64,000 bases of DNA from Cetorhinus maximus (GCF_964194155.1 NC_135915.1:4154001-4218000); one strand, 5' to 3'. Shown: positions 37,425-51,270, counted from the first letter of the stretch. The notes: a model not told the origin generated them from the letters alone. A program made the numbers and translations.

Positions 37425-38410
37425 TCATAGAACGGTTTCAGTACAGAAGGAGGGCATTCAGCACATCCAGACAGTGAAAGTACACTGCAGGAGCAATCTC
37501 ACTACTGCCACTTGTCCACCTTTTCCCCGAAACACAGCAAATATTTTCCCTTCAGCTTCCCGTCCAATTTCCTCTCAGAAACCATGATTAAACTTTGCTC
37601 CACCTCTTTCTCGGACAGAACATTCGAGACCCCATCTCCTCCCGGAGTTAAAGGGTTTTTCCTCATGTCATTTTTGCTTCATTGGGAAACAGATTAACCT
37701 AATGCCATCTGATTTTCGTCCCTTCTGCCAACGTGAAGAATAACTATCTACTCTGTCTCGATCAATCATGATTCAGGTCACATCTACGTGGTCTCGCAAG
37801 CATTTCTTCTCCAAGAACAACGCCAGCTCCTCCAATATAATACGTAACGGAGGTCCCTCATCGCTGAATCCATTCTCGCCCTATCTTCTCTACTCACTTT
37901 GGCCTCCTGACATAACGAGGGTAATGCTTGCACTGCAGGCTGTTTAGAGATGCTGATTCCTGTGATGAAGGTGTTGTCTCGGGTACAAATTTTCAGCCCT
38001 TTGAACTGGTGCATATTGGAGTTCAGAGTCGCCTTGGAACAGGTATAATTCCGAGAGGCTTTGAACGGGTGGCTGCTGAAAGGATGATTCCCTTTGTGAC
38101 GGAATCAGAACAAGTGGCACAATTTAAGAATATGAGTCAGGCATTTAAGACGGAGATGATGAGGAATTCCTTGTTTCCCAGATTTATTAATTTCCTTCCC
38201 GAGTGAGCATTGGAATCCACGTCATTGTTTATATAAAATGTTGAGTTTTCATCGACAAGGGAACGGGGGGCAATGGGGGGAGGGTTATGGAAATGGAGCA
38301 AACGTTTGTAGATAAGGGCACAATCTGATCATCGAAGACCTTATTAAATGGCGGAGTTGGCTCGAGGGCCCTCGTATCCTTCTCCTGCTTCTATTCCTAA
38401 AGCCCTTAAT
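37425..38410. mobile_element. Short CR1 3' fragments (antisense ~37425-37850, sense ~38040-38410)
   Basis: Similarity to CR1 3' ends elsewhere in the window (e.g. FKTEMMRN). Confidence 0.55.
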
Positions 38411-38763
38411 CGCTTTTGATATCTGAAATCTTTCAACAGGATACGACTAAAACTATCTCACACTACAGTTGATGTGAGAAGGGCGGATATAGTGTGGGGA
38501 ATGGAGAGTAAATCTGTTGTGCAGCGAGAATGGTTCTTGTTGTTGTTGAGTTTAGAAGCTGAAGTTCATGTTTGAAGACATTTCCTCCTGCCTCTGCCAT
38601 TTACATCTGCCTCTGCCAACTGGACTGGGCTTTGGGAAGAGGGAGACTGCGCTTGCTGTCATTTCACCTCCTAACTGCTACGTGCCACTCTAAACTTCCC
38701 CTTTCTCTCCTGTGTCTCTCTGGTCCTCCCAGTGTTAACTCTTGACGTGCCGCTTCACCGCCC

Positions 38764-39476
38764 AAAAACTGGGCGACCGCTTTGCAGAACACCTGCCGTC
38801 TGTCCGCAAGAAAGACCCAAACCTCCCTGTCACTTGCCATTTTACCACTCCACCCTGCTCTCTTGCCCTCATGTCTGTCCTTGGCTTGCTCCATTGTTCC
38901 AGTAAAGCCCAATGGAATCTGGAGGAACAGCACCTCATCTTACGACTAGGCACTTTACAGCCTTCCGGATTGAATATTGAATTATACAACTTTAGGTCTC
39001 CTCCATCCCCACCCTCTTTCCGTTTCTTCCCCCTCCCTTTTGTTTTTTCCAATAATTTATATAGATTTTTCTTTTCCCACCTATTTCTATTATTTTTAAA
39101 TCTATAACTGTAATACCTTGTCAGTCTTTCCACCCCACCCCCACTAGAGCTGCACCTTGAATGTCCTGCCATCCATTCTTAATTAGCACATTCTCTTAGA
39201 TAATATCACTACCTTCAACACCTCTTTGTTCCTTTTGTCTGTGACATCTTTTGATTATCTGCTCCTAACGTTTCTTGCTTGTCCCTACAACCACCACCCC
39301 CCCAACTTCTCTCCCCCCCACACCCCCACCCCCTTAAACCAGCTTATATTTCACCCCTCTCCTAACTTTACTCAGTTCCGCTGAAGGGTCATGTGGACTC
39401 GAAACGTCAACTCTTTTCTTCTCCGCGGATGCTGCCAGATCTGCTGAGTTTTTCCAGGTAATTCTGTTTTTGTCAC
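38764..39476 (+). mobile_element. Penelope-like element 3' fragment (GIY-YIG end plus tail), ~14-bp TSD
   Basis: LGDRFAEHL..LEEQHLILRLGTLQPSGLNIE motif. TSD ccgcttcaccgccc (38750-38763) and ccgcttcatcgacc (39477-39490). Confidence 0.88.
39374..39412 (+). ncRNA. Minimal type I hammerhead-ribozyme-like motif (degenerate core)
   Basis: AGUU-CCGCUGA-A-GGGUC/loop/GACUC-GAAAC-GUC-AACU: stem I AGUU/AACU, stem II, GAAA box, palindromic stem III (ACGU) and GUC triplet. The core deviates from CUGANGA. Confidence 0.6.
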
Positions 39477-39959
39477 CCGCTTCATCGACCGGTGCTCTTT
39501 GTCGAACCTCGGCCACAGGTTGGCAGCAATGGCCTCCTGGCTTCAGTGTTTTCTTGCAGGCATTTATTTTAAATCGAAAAAGAGAAAGGAAGAATCGGCT
39601 CTTCAGAATGGAGAAGGAACTGGAACTCTGGCCCGTCCAGGATGTAAATAATAATAGCAGTGATAACAATTAAATGAAAAATGAGATCAGCTTCCTGTTA
39701 ATCAGGCAATATTGTTGCGCATGTGCAGTCGGGTCACTCTCCCAGAGTGCAGTGCGGCCCTGCTGACTGAATTTTGGCTTTCCCATCCGCGGGGGATTGT
39801 GGGAATAGCGCTCGCCATTGCACTTTCACCAATTAGGACAAATAGAAATCCTTAAGGTGAGTAATGAGTTAAGTAATTGGGTCAATGAGGAGGCCATTCC
39901 GGCACTGGAGTCTGTGCGGCATCCAATAAGATCATGGTTCAATTTCTGCACGTAAAAAC

Positions 39960-41480
39960 TCACCCTCACTCTCACACACAGACAAAAATAGACTCATTCC
40001 CGCACACTCGGGATATTAACGTGCATAAAACACAATCACAAACAAAAAATACATCCACATAAAACACACAAACTCTCACACACACATAGACAAACACAGG
40101 GTAAGATTGAGCAAGTGTGTAACTTTCTGTGTGTGTGATAGTGCGGTGCGAATATATTACTTTGTATCTGAGAGCCTGTGAGTGTGTGTGTGTGTGATGG
40201 AAAGCATGCGAGGGAGAGCTTGTGAGACAGTATGACTATGACTTTGTCTATTTGTGATTCAGGAAGTATGTGTTTATGTGTGTGTATGAGTGCATTAATA
40301 GTGTTTGCATAAGAGTGTGTCATTTTGAGATCGTGAAAGTGAGTTTATAATTGTGCGAAAGAGTGCATGACGGTGCGAATGCATGCCTGTGTATGGTGGG
40401 ACAGCAGGGTGTGTGAAATTTAGAGTGCTTGAGAGAATGTGTGAATGTGCGTGTGAGTGAGAGTATTAGAGAGGGAGAGTGTTTCTGAATGTGTGTTTGC
40501 TATTGCCGTTTGATGCACATGAGTGCTTCTCTGCAAGAGTTTGTGAGTGAGTGTGATATTTGAATGCGTACAAGTCTGAGAGCTGAGAGGTTTTTGTGAG
40601 GCTGTGTGAGTAAGTATGTGAATCTGTGAGTGTGCCTGCTTGTGAGAGATAGAGAGTGAGAGTGTCAATGTGTGTGAGACATTGAATGTATGATATTCTG
40701 ACTGCGTGACAGAATGAGTGTGTGCATGTTTGTGTGTGTCTGCGTGCATGTCAGCCTGTGTCTGTGTGCCTGAAAGTGTGTGAGTGTGAAAGAGAATGTG
40801 TGACATTGTGACAGTGTGATATTTTATGAGACAGATTGAGTGTATGCTTGAGATTAATGTGTGAGTGCTTATGTGAATGTGTGTGAGGGAGTGAGTGAAC
40901 GTCTGTGTCTGTGAGAGAAAAAAATGTGGAATACAGAGTGTCTGCCTGTGTGAGTGTGTGCATGTTGTGTGTGTGAGAGACAGAGATAAAGAGAGAGAGA
41001 GAGATGAGAAAAGTGGACAGTGTGGGATTCTGTGAGAATGAAATTTCGTGAAAATGTGTGAGAGAGAATGTGTGTATGAGTGTGATTGTGGGGAAAAGTG
41101 TAAGTGTACGTCAGTCTATGATATTGTGTGTGTGTGTGTGTGTGCTTTTGTGAGACAGAGAATGCGTAACATTTTCACAGTCTCAGATTGAGTGAGCTTG
41201 GCATTTGAATGCGTGAGTGAAAACGTGTTTGTGAGTGGGTGTCTGTGAGTGTGAATGTATGAGGGCCAGTGAGAGTATGATACTGTAACTGATTGCATGC
41301 GAGATAGTGCATATGTTTGAGAAAGTGTGTTTGACAATTTAATGGTCCGAGATCGAATGAATATATACGTCTGCGTGTTATTGTGTGCATGTTTGTGTAA
41401 GTGCGTGTGTGTGTGTGTGTGTTTGTGTGTGTAATTGAGTGAGTGTGTGTTTGTGCATCTGTGTGTGTGTGTGGGTTTGG
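39960..41480. repeat. GT/GA-rich low-complexity tract at the cassette boundary
   Basis: Degenerate (GT)n; its 3' part is paralogous to 1-430. Confidence 0.9.
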
Positions 41481-41754
41481 AGAGAAGCAGGGATTGTCCA
41501 CGCCGGGACTAACGTTCTCATTCATTTTCCTATTTCATGAGCACACTCCCTATATTCAGAGGGACAGCCCAGGCTGGGTCTATGCCACCCAGAAGCTTGT
41601 GCACACAGGGACGAATCAGCCTTTGCCCGAGTGCTTGTGAGCCTCGTGTGAGAAGCCATCCCTGGATGCTTGTCATTTTCCCTTCCCAAACACATCCCGA
41701 TTGCAAAGCTTTGCTTTACCCAAGCGACATGCTGGGGGTCCCTTTCAGCTGTAT

Positions 41755-42165
41755 ATCGCTAGACAGTTCACCTCAGCGATGTGACTGCTGCTGGAGAGGT
41801 CATACGAGCGATGTGACTCTTGCTGGAGAGACCACCCGAACTATGTAACTGCTGCTGGAGAGACCACCCGAGCTATGTAACTACTGCTGGAGAGACTACC
41901 CGAGCTATGTAACTACTGCTGGAGAGACCACCCGAGCTACGTAAATTCTGCTGGAGAGAGCACCCAAGCGATGTTACTACTGCTGGAGAGATCACCCGAG
42001 CCATGTAACTACTGCTTCAGATACCACCCGAGCTATGTAAATTCTGCGAGAGAGATCACCCAAGTGATGTAACTACTGCTGGAGAGACCACCTGAGTGAT
42101 GTGACTGCTGCTGGGGAGACCAAACGATCAATGCAACAACTGCTGGAGGGTCCATTTGAGCGATG
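41755..42165. repeat. 32-bp minisatellite, copy B, about 13 units
   Basis: Same unit at 32-bp spacing from ~41759 to ~42143. Confidence 0.92.
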
Positions 42166-42893
42166 GCTGATATAATCAGCAGCAGATGGTGCTCAGGAAA
42201 ACACGATCCCCAAAGTTCTCAATCGTTCCCAATGTCCTTGAGCTCTTCCAGTCCTCCATCCTGTTTAGTCCTGAAAAGTTGGTCCGTGCATGTTCTGGAC
42301 CGGCGAGATTTCACGCTTTCAAGCGCATGGGGGAGGCGTTTGTATCGCCAAAAGTTTAAATTTTACCAATTAACAAATCATGAACGGATTTTTATTTGAA
42401 ATTATTATCTAATGCAAACAGTTATTTTGTAAGACGTATTTTATTTCCAAAGTAATATGATATATGTGCCTTTACTGTTGCAAATTTGTGAAGATAAAAT
42501 TTGCAGTCCACTTTCTGTGAGCATTAGAATGGAAGCCTTTTACGGAATGGGCTGTTTTAAGCTTGACATACCTCAGCGTCTCAGAATGTCTTAATCCAGT
42601 CCTGTAACTGACATTCATAAGACACGTCTTTGACAACTGAAGACCTGGCTATTTCCTTGTATTTCTATTCAAAAGTTACTGTCTTTATATTTCATGTCAT
42701 TGAGCTTATTTCAGAGCTGGAAAACGTTAGGCAATTAAAAGTTTTAAGAGAGGCGAAGACGGGCTGAAATGGACGCAATGAATGTCTGTGATAAATTGTA
42801 GAAAGGAGAATGGAAACTGTAAAACTTTAGTTTTCCAAAAAATGATACACTTTATTCATCAAACATGTTAAGGTGAAGTACATGACTGTTCCA

Positions 42894-43127
42894 TAATGGC
42901 AAAATAATGCGTATGCTGAAAGCCTGTAGCAAAAAAAAAATATGCTTGGAAACTCAGCAGGTCTGACAGCATCTGTGGAGAGAAAGACAATATTAGTGTA
43001 TCGACTCCGCATGACTAATTTTGGGAGCTCTGAAGGAGTGTCATACGGACTCCAAACTTTAACTCAGTCTTACTCTCCACACATTCTGTCAGACCTCTTG
43101 AGTTTTTCCAGCTTTTTCTTGTTTTTT
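42894..43127. mobile_element. Paralogous fold-back Penelope-derived element in copy B
   Basis: Same structure, with the TSD at 42878-42893 and a degenerate TSD at 43128-43143. Confidence 0.78.
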
Positions 43128-43503
43128 GCACATGACTGTTCTACTTTGACTAATAGTGTATTAACGTTCAATCTCGTTTGATGGAGAATGCGTTACTTTG
43201 ATAGTTTTAAACACACTTACAAACTGGTTAGGCTTATAATTATCATTTCACAACAAGCACTGCCTTGTAATGTTTTTACACAGAGATCAAATTGATGGCA
43301 GAACATTAACAACGTTTTTGCTAAATAAATAAAAAATACAGTGTGTACTGGAACAACAATCTCTCTCTCTCTCTCTCACACACACACAGGAAGACGAACA
43401 GGCTGACAGACACAGGCACCTACAGAAAACAGACTCACCTTCAGTGATCTCCCACTGTAGGATGCTGTCATGTTCACATGGCACAGAAATACATTGCGTA
43501 CAT

Positions 43504-43555
<52 letters not shown>

Positions 43556-44389
43556 CGACAGACAGAGAGATGTACGCTCCCTCACACACACGTACACATA
43601 TAAAGAGACAAACACGGACAGGCAGACAGACACATAAATAGATGCGTGCACTCCGATAGGCACGCACAAACATACACAAACACATACACACACGCACACA
43701 AAAACCACACATGCAGACAGCCACACACACAGGTAGACATATACTCAAATATGCACCTACGCACATATACGCACGCACGTACACATAGACGGACAGGCAC
43801 TCAGACAGACACAGACGCACACAGCCACAGATATACGCACAAACACACAAACACACACACACACATACACATTGTCACACACATTCGCACACACAGATGG
43901 ACAGAAACATAAATAGACATATTTACTCAAACTGTCAAATACACACACGCACACACAACCTCACCTTCAGCAATCTCCATCAGCTGGGGTTTATCGGAAC
44001 CGCGGGCGCACAAATACACACACAAACACACCAGCACACACACACAAATACACACAGACACAAACAAATAGATGCTAAATAACTAAGATCAATTATACAC
44101 TCTAGCATAAATTGACATTTGTTGTTAAATTGGGCTTCAGACCCTATGCAGAGGAATACAATTGTACGTGTATTTTTATTGGGCATTAAAACTGATGCAC
44201 AGGTTATAATGTTCGATCTGACTTGTAAAAGTTAACTTGATAGCCAACACGCAGACGGGTAAATTTAGAGCAAATCGTGAATTGGTCATGATAACTAATA
44301 TTAAGGATATAAAGTAAATCTAATTGTTGTATTGGTCTTGAAAAGATTACAAGGGGAGAAAAGGAATATATATCGGTATTTCAGCTGAT

Positions 44390-46090
44390 AAGCAACTAAA
44401 TCAGAAGATTTCTGAACTGTGAGGAGGATAGATTTGCATTTCAAAAGGGCATGGACAAGTCAGTGGAATGGATAGGCAGGTGATAGATGAAGTTCAATAC
44501 AATTAGATGCAAAATGATTAATTTTAGTAGCGAGAACATGAGGAGAGACAGCACAAAGTGGAGGATACATCTCTGAAGGGGGTATGAGCAGAGGGACAAG
44601 CCATTGAAGGTGGCAGTATATTTTGAGAATCAGTAACTAAAGCAAGGCTGCATTTATCGCAAAATAGAGTATAAGTGCAAGGGGTTTAGTTCAACTTGCA
44701 TAAATCACTGGATTGGACGCTAGTTGAAGTATTACGTCGAGTACTGGGCAAGGAATGTGAAGTTACTGCATAGAGGACCGATAAGCTTCAAAGAATGTTT
44801 CCAGGTTTGAGCTTGGAAGTGTTACAGGAGTTGGTGTTGGGTCCTTTGCTGTTTGTGGTATATATAAACGATTTGGAATTGAATGTAGGATGGTTGATCA
44901 TTAAGTTCGTGAATGACACGAATATTGGTGGGGTGGTAAATAGTGCATAGGATAGCCCCAGATTAAAGGAGGATATAGACACGCTGGTCAGATGGGCTGA
45001 ACATTGGCAAATGGAATTTAATCCGGATAAGTGTGAGGTGATTCACTTGTACAGGACAAGCAAGGCACCGGAGTACACGATGAATTGTACCTGGGAAGAG
45101 CTGAGGATCAGAGGGACCTGGGTGTGCATATTCACCGGTCCGTTAAGGTAGCGGAACATGTAGAAAAGCTGGTTAAGAAGACATATGGAATACTTGCCGA
45201 TATTAGATGAGGCATAGAGAAAAAGAGCAGTGAGGTTATCCTTGAACTATATAAAACGCTTGTCATGCCACAGCTAGAGTATTGCGTGCAGTTCTGGAAT
45301 CTGCATTATGGGAAGGATGTGATTCCACTAGAGAGAGTACAGAGGAGATTTACCAGGATGTTGCCTGCACTGGAGAGCTTTAGTTATGAGCGAGATTATA
45401 TAGACTGGGTTTTGTTTCCCTGGAGGATAGCAGATTGAAGGGGGACATGACTGAGTGTATAGAATTATGAGGTGAATAAATGGGGTAGTCGGGAAGGAGC
45501 TCATCCCCTTAGTGGAGGGATACAACACCAGTGGGCATTGATTTAAGGTAAGGGGCAGGAGGTTTAGTGGGGATGTGAGGAAGAATTGTTTCACCAAGAG
45601 GATGTTTGGCATCTGGAACTCACTGCCTGAAAGGGTGGTTGAATCAGAAACCCTCATAACATGCAAGATATATTTGGATGTGCACTTGCGATGCCAAGGC
45701 ATACAAGGCTATCGGTCTGGTGCTGGACAATGTGTTGAGAATAGATAAGTACTTGTCTGTCTGGCGCAGATTCGATGGGCTGAAAAGGGCCATTTTCTGT
45801 GCTGTAGACCCCTATGACTCTCTGAATCTAAGTTTAGATTGTTTTCCTTGAAGAAGAGAAGGCTGAGAGGATATTTGATATGGCTATTTAGAATCATGAG
45901 TGATCCTAATTAAACAAGGGGAAGGGGTTAATTTTCTTGAAAGCACTCAGGGTGAGGAAGCTCAGTATTAAAGTCATCAGGAAAAGACGTACTGATAACA
46001 TTAACTTTTATGTTTTCACATAGCGAGTGTTTTGGATCTGTAAAACAGTGACTGAGAGCTGGTCAAGGCAGGTTGAAATGAAGCATTCGT
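44390..46090 (+). mobile_element. Nested CR1 3' fragments, copy B
   Basis: Paralogous to 3960-5680, with the PQLEYCVQFW motif at ~45270. Confidence 0.85.
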
Positions 46091-46199
46091 TCGGGAATTC
46101 TCCTTCGGGACTCTCCATTTGTTGAGGAGCTATCAGTCAAATATTGAAGGCTATGATTGAACGAAACTCCGCGCTAGATGGTTGAAATTGGTTTGTAGT

Positions 46200-46820
46200 G
46201 TATGATTAATTGAAATGCTGACCGCAGTGGTCGGAGCATACTGATTGGCTGATGCGGCTATCCATGATGGTGTTCAGCGTCCTGATGGTCTGATACGTAT
46301 GTGGTCAATGGTGAAGATCGCTGATTGGCTGAACTATCTGTGAGTCACTGTTTGATGCAACGTGATTGGATGATGCTGATGCCAGTCAGCTGTTGGAATG
46401 AACTGTTTGGCGGAACTTTCTATCAGTCAGCAGTTGTTGCTCCCTGAATGGTTGAGATGAATGTCGGCGCACAGTAAGAATACCCTGACTGGCCCACGTA
46501 ACTCTGTGCCAAAAGGCTGCAGCTCCCTGATTGGATGAAGCGACTGTCAGTTAGCTGGTAGGTCACATTGATTGGCTTAGCTACCTGTCATTCAGCGAGC
46601 GGTTCACCCTGAATGGCTGAGGTGGCTGTGGATGAAAATCTGATGCTGCTCCATTGGCTTCCGCGCCTGTCAGTTATGTGGCTGATTGGCACAAGCAGCT
46701 GTCCGTTAGCGGCGGCGATCCCTGATTGGGTGAGGCGACTGTCAGTCAGCATGCGGATCTCCCTCATCGGTGGAAGAGCCTGTCCGTCAGCAGAGGGAAC
46801 TCTCTGATTGGCTGAAGCAT
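46200..46820. repeat. Degenerate ~40-bp repeat rich in CTGATTGG (CCAAT boxes), 3' of GPCR B
   Basis: (C/T/G)TGATTGG at ~46241, 46321, 46362, 46528, 46569, 46682, 46722 and 46804, plus variants. Confidence 0.8.
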
Positions 46821-46827
46821 CTGACAG

Positions 46828-47726
46828 TCAGGTTTTTTTCATGAATTGAATAATTGATGTAACCGGATAATTCACCGTTTGCTTGATCTGCTCTCGGAAC
46901 TTAGACTGAGTCACCGCGTAAATAAATGTGTTTGTGCAGCAACTTAAACTCTGCAGCATATATCCGACTTGTTGGAATATATATTCAGGGTCGGTGAGGA
47001 AAAATAACCCTCTCACATCCATATAGAATAATTTTATAACATACACCGACCACAGGAGGATGAAGGTGACGGATATGGTGAACAGTAAAATCATAGACTT
47101 CCTCCTGCTCTCCATCTCTGGGTCACTGCGATTCTCTCCCTTACTCTGAGCCCTCAGTCCCTTCCGGACTCGACTGGCCACTAAAATGTGTCTGATTGTC
47201 AGAGCGTTAATCAGCAGAATTAAACCGAATGGGAGCAATGGGGTTACAACCTGATCAAAACAGGAAAATCCAACCCATCCGGGATCAGTAAAAACGCTTG
47301 GCTTTGCCAAACAGCCCCATGGTACATTGTTGATTATCGCTTCAGGTTCCAGTGTAAAGTAATGGGGGATGTTTTTTAAACCGAGCAGGATGCCGGTTGT
47401 CGCTAGAACCACAGCCGCAGTTTTCCCGGTGCAATATTCTGTTTTCAGCTTCTGGCAACGAATGGCCACAAATCGATCAAAGGAGAAAGTCACGGTGAAC
47501 CAGACAGAACAGTCCCTGGCAGCAGTAACCAGGACAGCGAGAACACGACACGCAGGAGTGAGGTTCAGGAAACTCAGTGGGAAATAATAATAATTGATCT
47601 TGTTCAGTATGACATTTGTGATAATGTGCAGTAGATCCGCCGTTGCCATGGCCACCAGGTAGCGAGTGGTGCAGGTGGAGAGGCCGCACTTTGCCCTGGA
47701 CAGGATCACAATCCCCAGTAAATTAA
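46828..47726 (-). CDS. GPR139-like class A GPCR copy B, exon 2 (spliced protein 320 aa)
   Basis: Acceptor 'cttccctctgacag|TTAATTTACTGGGG'. Same motifs as copy A (SFDRFVAI, CCTNTFIY). Ends MKKT-stop. Confidence 0.93.
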
Positions 47727-47999
47727 CTGTCAGAGGGAAGGAAGAAGGGACTGGAAATTAATGATTACACATTCTCCGTGTCTGACCCTCACAGGGAGGA
47801 CAGGATTTCAGCACCAAAACAGAGTTTGGTCACAGGAGGACAGGCAAGCGACTGGCTGGCGAGTATTTCAGATTTTAGCATTGTTTTTAGGTTACAATTA
47901 GCAGCTGAGTTACAATTACTTGTTGATTATTATTATATTTAGTAATTTAAAGATAGTGGGAAATTAAACAAACAATAAAGTAGAAACAACAAAAAAGAG

Positions 48000-50900
48000 C
48001 CAGACGTGAGTGGGTGTTTAAAGAGCATGAGTTTACATGTGAAGGTTTGGAGCGGCTGTATAAAGAGCGAGAGTGGAGCAGAAGCATATAGAGCAGGAGT
48101 TTACCTGTGAGGGAGTGGAGCGGCTGTATAAAGAGCGAGAGTGGAGCGGGTGCGTATAGAGCAGGAGTTTATGTGAGGGAATGGAGCGTCTATATAAAGT
48201 GCATAACGGAGTCCCCATTTGAGGGAGCAGAGCGGCTGTATAAAGAGCGATAGTGGAGCGGGTGCATATGAAGCAGGAGTTTACTTGTGAGGGAGCAGAG
48301 CAGCTGTATAAAGAGCGAGAGTGGAGCGGGTTCATATAGAGCAGGAGATTACTTGTGAGGGAGCGGAGCGGCTGTATAAAGTACATAGCGGAGTTTACCT
48401 GTGAGGGAGCGGAGCAGCTGTAAAAAGAGCGTTAACGGATTTTACCTGTGACGGAGCGGTGCGGCTATATAAAGAGTGCTGCAGAGTTTACCCGTCAGGG
48501 GGCCTGTTCTCACACAGGCACTGGGCAGTGGGGGAATTCGAAAGGAGTGATGTCAGGACAAGGGAGAGAGCTGGTTTGTAGTTAGTGAGTAAGGTGCATT
48601 CTTTTTTCTCCACTTTAAAACTACATTACAGTAGGTAACAGTCACCGCATTTGACTCTATTCTGCCAGAAAAATGCTAAATCGTTTTTTACTTGGGTTAA
48701 AATTAGGGAAACAGTTTTTTTTTAAAATAAAAATCAAACAAAACGTATGGCAAAGGGACTCATTCACGTGATTTGCATGAGGATTCTTCGACACGCATTG
48801 CAATCTGAATGACCACATGTGCACGAAGTGCCACTGGATTCACCAGCTTGAGCAATGGGTTTCAGAGCTTTCGCATCAGCTGGAGACACCGCGGTGCATC
48901 CACGAGGTTGAGAGTTAAGTGGATAGAACATTTTTGGATGTGGTCACATAGCAGCTTGAGGAAGTGTGAGAATGGGTGACCACCAGTCAGAAGAAGGTAG
49001 ACAGACATTTAATTAGGAAAGCCGCAGGTATGTATTGAGGAAAGCACCATGCAGGTAATGAGGAAACCCTGTGTTGGAAAATGGTAAGGGTGAATGTTTC
49101 ACTGGAGAGTGCAACCACAGTTTAAATTCCAGGCACTGTGGGTGTCTCAGCTGCACAAGTGGGGAGGGGTAAGAGTGCAACAGCAATAGTTGTAGGAGAT
49201 TAAATCGTGAGGGGTGCAGACAGGAGCTTCTGCAGCCGTAGACGTGACTCCAGGATGGTGTGTTGCCTCCCTGGTAGCAGGATCAAGGATATCACAGAAC
49301 AGTTGCAGGGCATTCTGAAGGGGGAGGGAAAACTCAGAGGTCGTTGTTCACGTTGATACTAAGGACTCAGGTAGAAAGGGATGAGGTCCTGCAAAATGAA
49401 CTTCGGGAGCTAGGCAGCAGATTAAAAAGCAAGACTTCAAAGGTTGCAACCTCTGGATGGCCCCCTTGTCACGTGAAAGTGAGTATAGGAATATGAGGAT
49501 AGAGAAGATGAATGCGTGGCTGAAGAAATGTTGCGGGTGGGAGGCCTTCTGGTTCCTTGATCAGGGTATGTTTCAGGCGAATTGGCACCTGTACACGTCG
49601 GACAGGTTGCACCTGAACTGGCACAGGAGCAACATTTTTTTGGGAGGTTTGCTAGTGATGTTGGAGTGGGGTTGTTGGGGGAGGGTAAAGCTAATATCGT
49701 ATTTTATGTAATAATGAGTGAAGTTACAGTAGATGGTGGTGCACAGCCTATTATATAAGACGGACGAAATGTGTCTGGAAGACAGAGCAAACATAGACCT
49801 GTTAAGGCACAAGGGAATAATGCCAGGCTGGTTCGCTGCTATTGTAATGAAAGGAGTCTTAAAAGTAGGGCAGATGAATTGCGGGTGCTGATTAACACAT
49901 GGGAATATGATATTGTTGCTATCACAGAGAGGTGGTTGATGGTGGCGCAGTGCTGCCAGCTCAATGTTGCAGGGTATAGAATGTTCAGGCATGACAGAGG
50001 GCTGATGGCGACTTGGTGGTGGGGGCTTAAAATGGAAGTTGGCACTGCACGGTTGATCAAGAAGTAAATTAATGCCATAAGGAGTGATGGTATTTTAGAA
50101 GGTTCCTCAAATGAGGCCATATGGAGAGAACTTAAATACAGTAGGCAATCACTTTGCTGGGGGTGCACTAAATACCTCCAAAGAATCAGGGGGGCTAGAC
50201 GAGCGGATATGTAGGAAAATCTCAGAGATGTGTACAAGGGTAATAATAGTGGAAAATTTCAATTCACCAATGTTAACTTGGATAGTCTTAGTGTGAGAGG
50301 CTTCGATGTGGCATTCTTAAAGTGCTTGAAAGAGAGCTTTTTGAGCCAACGCTAAAGCCCTACGAGAGAAGGGGTGGCACTGGACCAAATCTTAGGAAGT
50401 GAAGCCTGGAAAGTGGTATAAGTGTCTGTGGGGGAAAGCATTTCGGGGAGAGAGACCATAGTTCTTGCGGTTTCAAGATAGTTTTTGAAAATGACAAAGA
50501 TGGCTTTTAAATAAAGGTGCTGAAATTGGGGAAGGCCGACTTCAATATTTTATGACAGGATGTGGTCAATGGGGACTTGAAGCAGCTAATTGTAGGAAAC
50601 CCTACAACAGGCCAGCTGGAGTCATTCAGAAAGGAAATAGTGAGAGTTCAGGTCCAACATGTTCCCGTAGAGGTGAGGGGTAGGACAAAAAATTCCAGGT
50701 GATACTGGTTGTCAAGGGATATGGAGGATTGGATAAGGAAAAAGAAAATTGACTGATGGTGGATACAGAGGGGTTAAAACAGCGCGGAAGCCCTGGAGAA
50801 GCATAAAAAGTGAGTGGTGGGGGATGGGTGTGGTAGTTAAGAAGTAGTTAGGAGAGCGAACATGAGGCATTACCAAGCACTGGCGGGAAAGGTAAAGGAA

Positions 50901-51270
50901 AACCCAAGGCATTTTATAAATATATTCAGGGCATGAGGATAACCAGGGAAAGAGTAGGACCCATCAGGGAACAAAGTGGCAGATTGTGCTGTAACCGAAG
51001 GACATAGGTGAGGTTATAAACGCTTACTTTTCATCTGTGATGTTTGTGGAGAAGGACGATGTAGGTGCTGAGATCAGGGAGGGGGACTGTGATATATTTG
51101 AACATATTAGCATAGAAAGGATGGAGGTATTAATGGTTTTTATTTGAAAGTGGATAAATCCACAGGCCCAGATGAGATGTATCCCAGGCTGTAATAGGAG
51201 TTAAGGGAGAAGGGTTCAATGGCTCTGACGCTAATTTTCAAATTATCTGGCTATTTGAGGGGTGCCAGTG
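48000..51270 (+). mobile_element. CR1 LINE 5' portion, copy B
   Basis: Paralogous to 7630-10560. ORF 49771-50067 contains ARLVRCYCNERSLKSRADELRVLINTWEYDIVAITE. Confidence 0.85.

Noticed and set aside
38664-39669. Minus-strand ORF reconstituted by removing the Penelope insertion
   Set aside because: Gives a short peptide (about 90 aa) with no recognisable similarity and no supporting splice or start signals.
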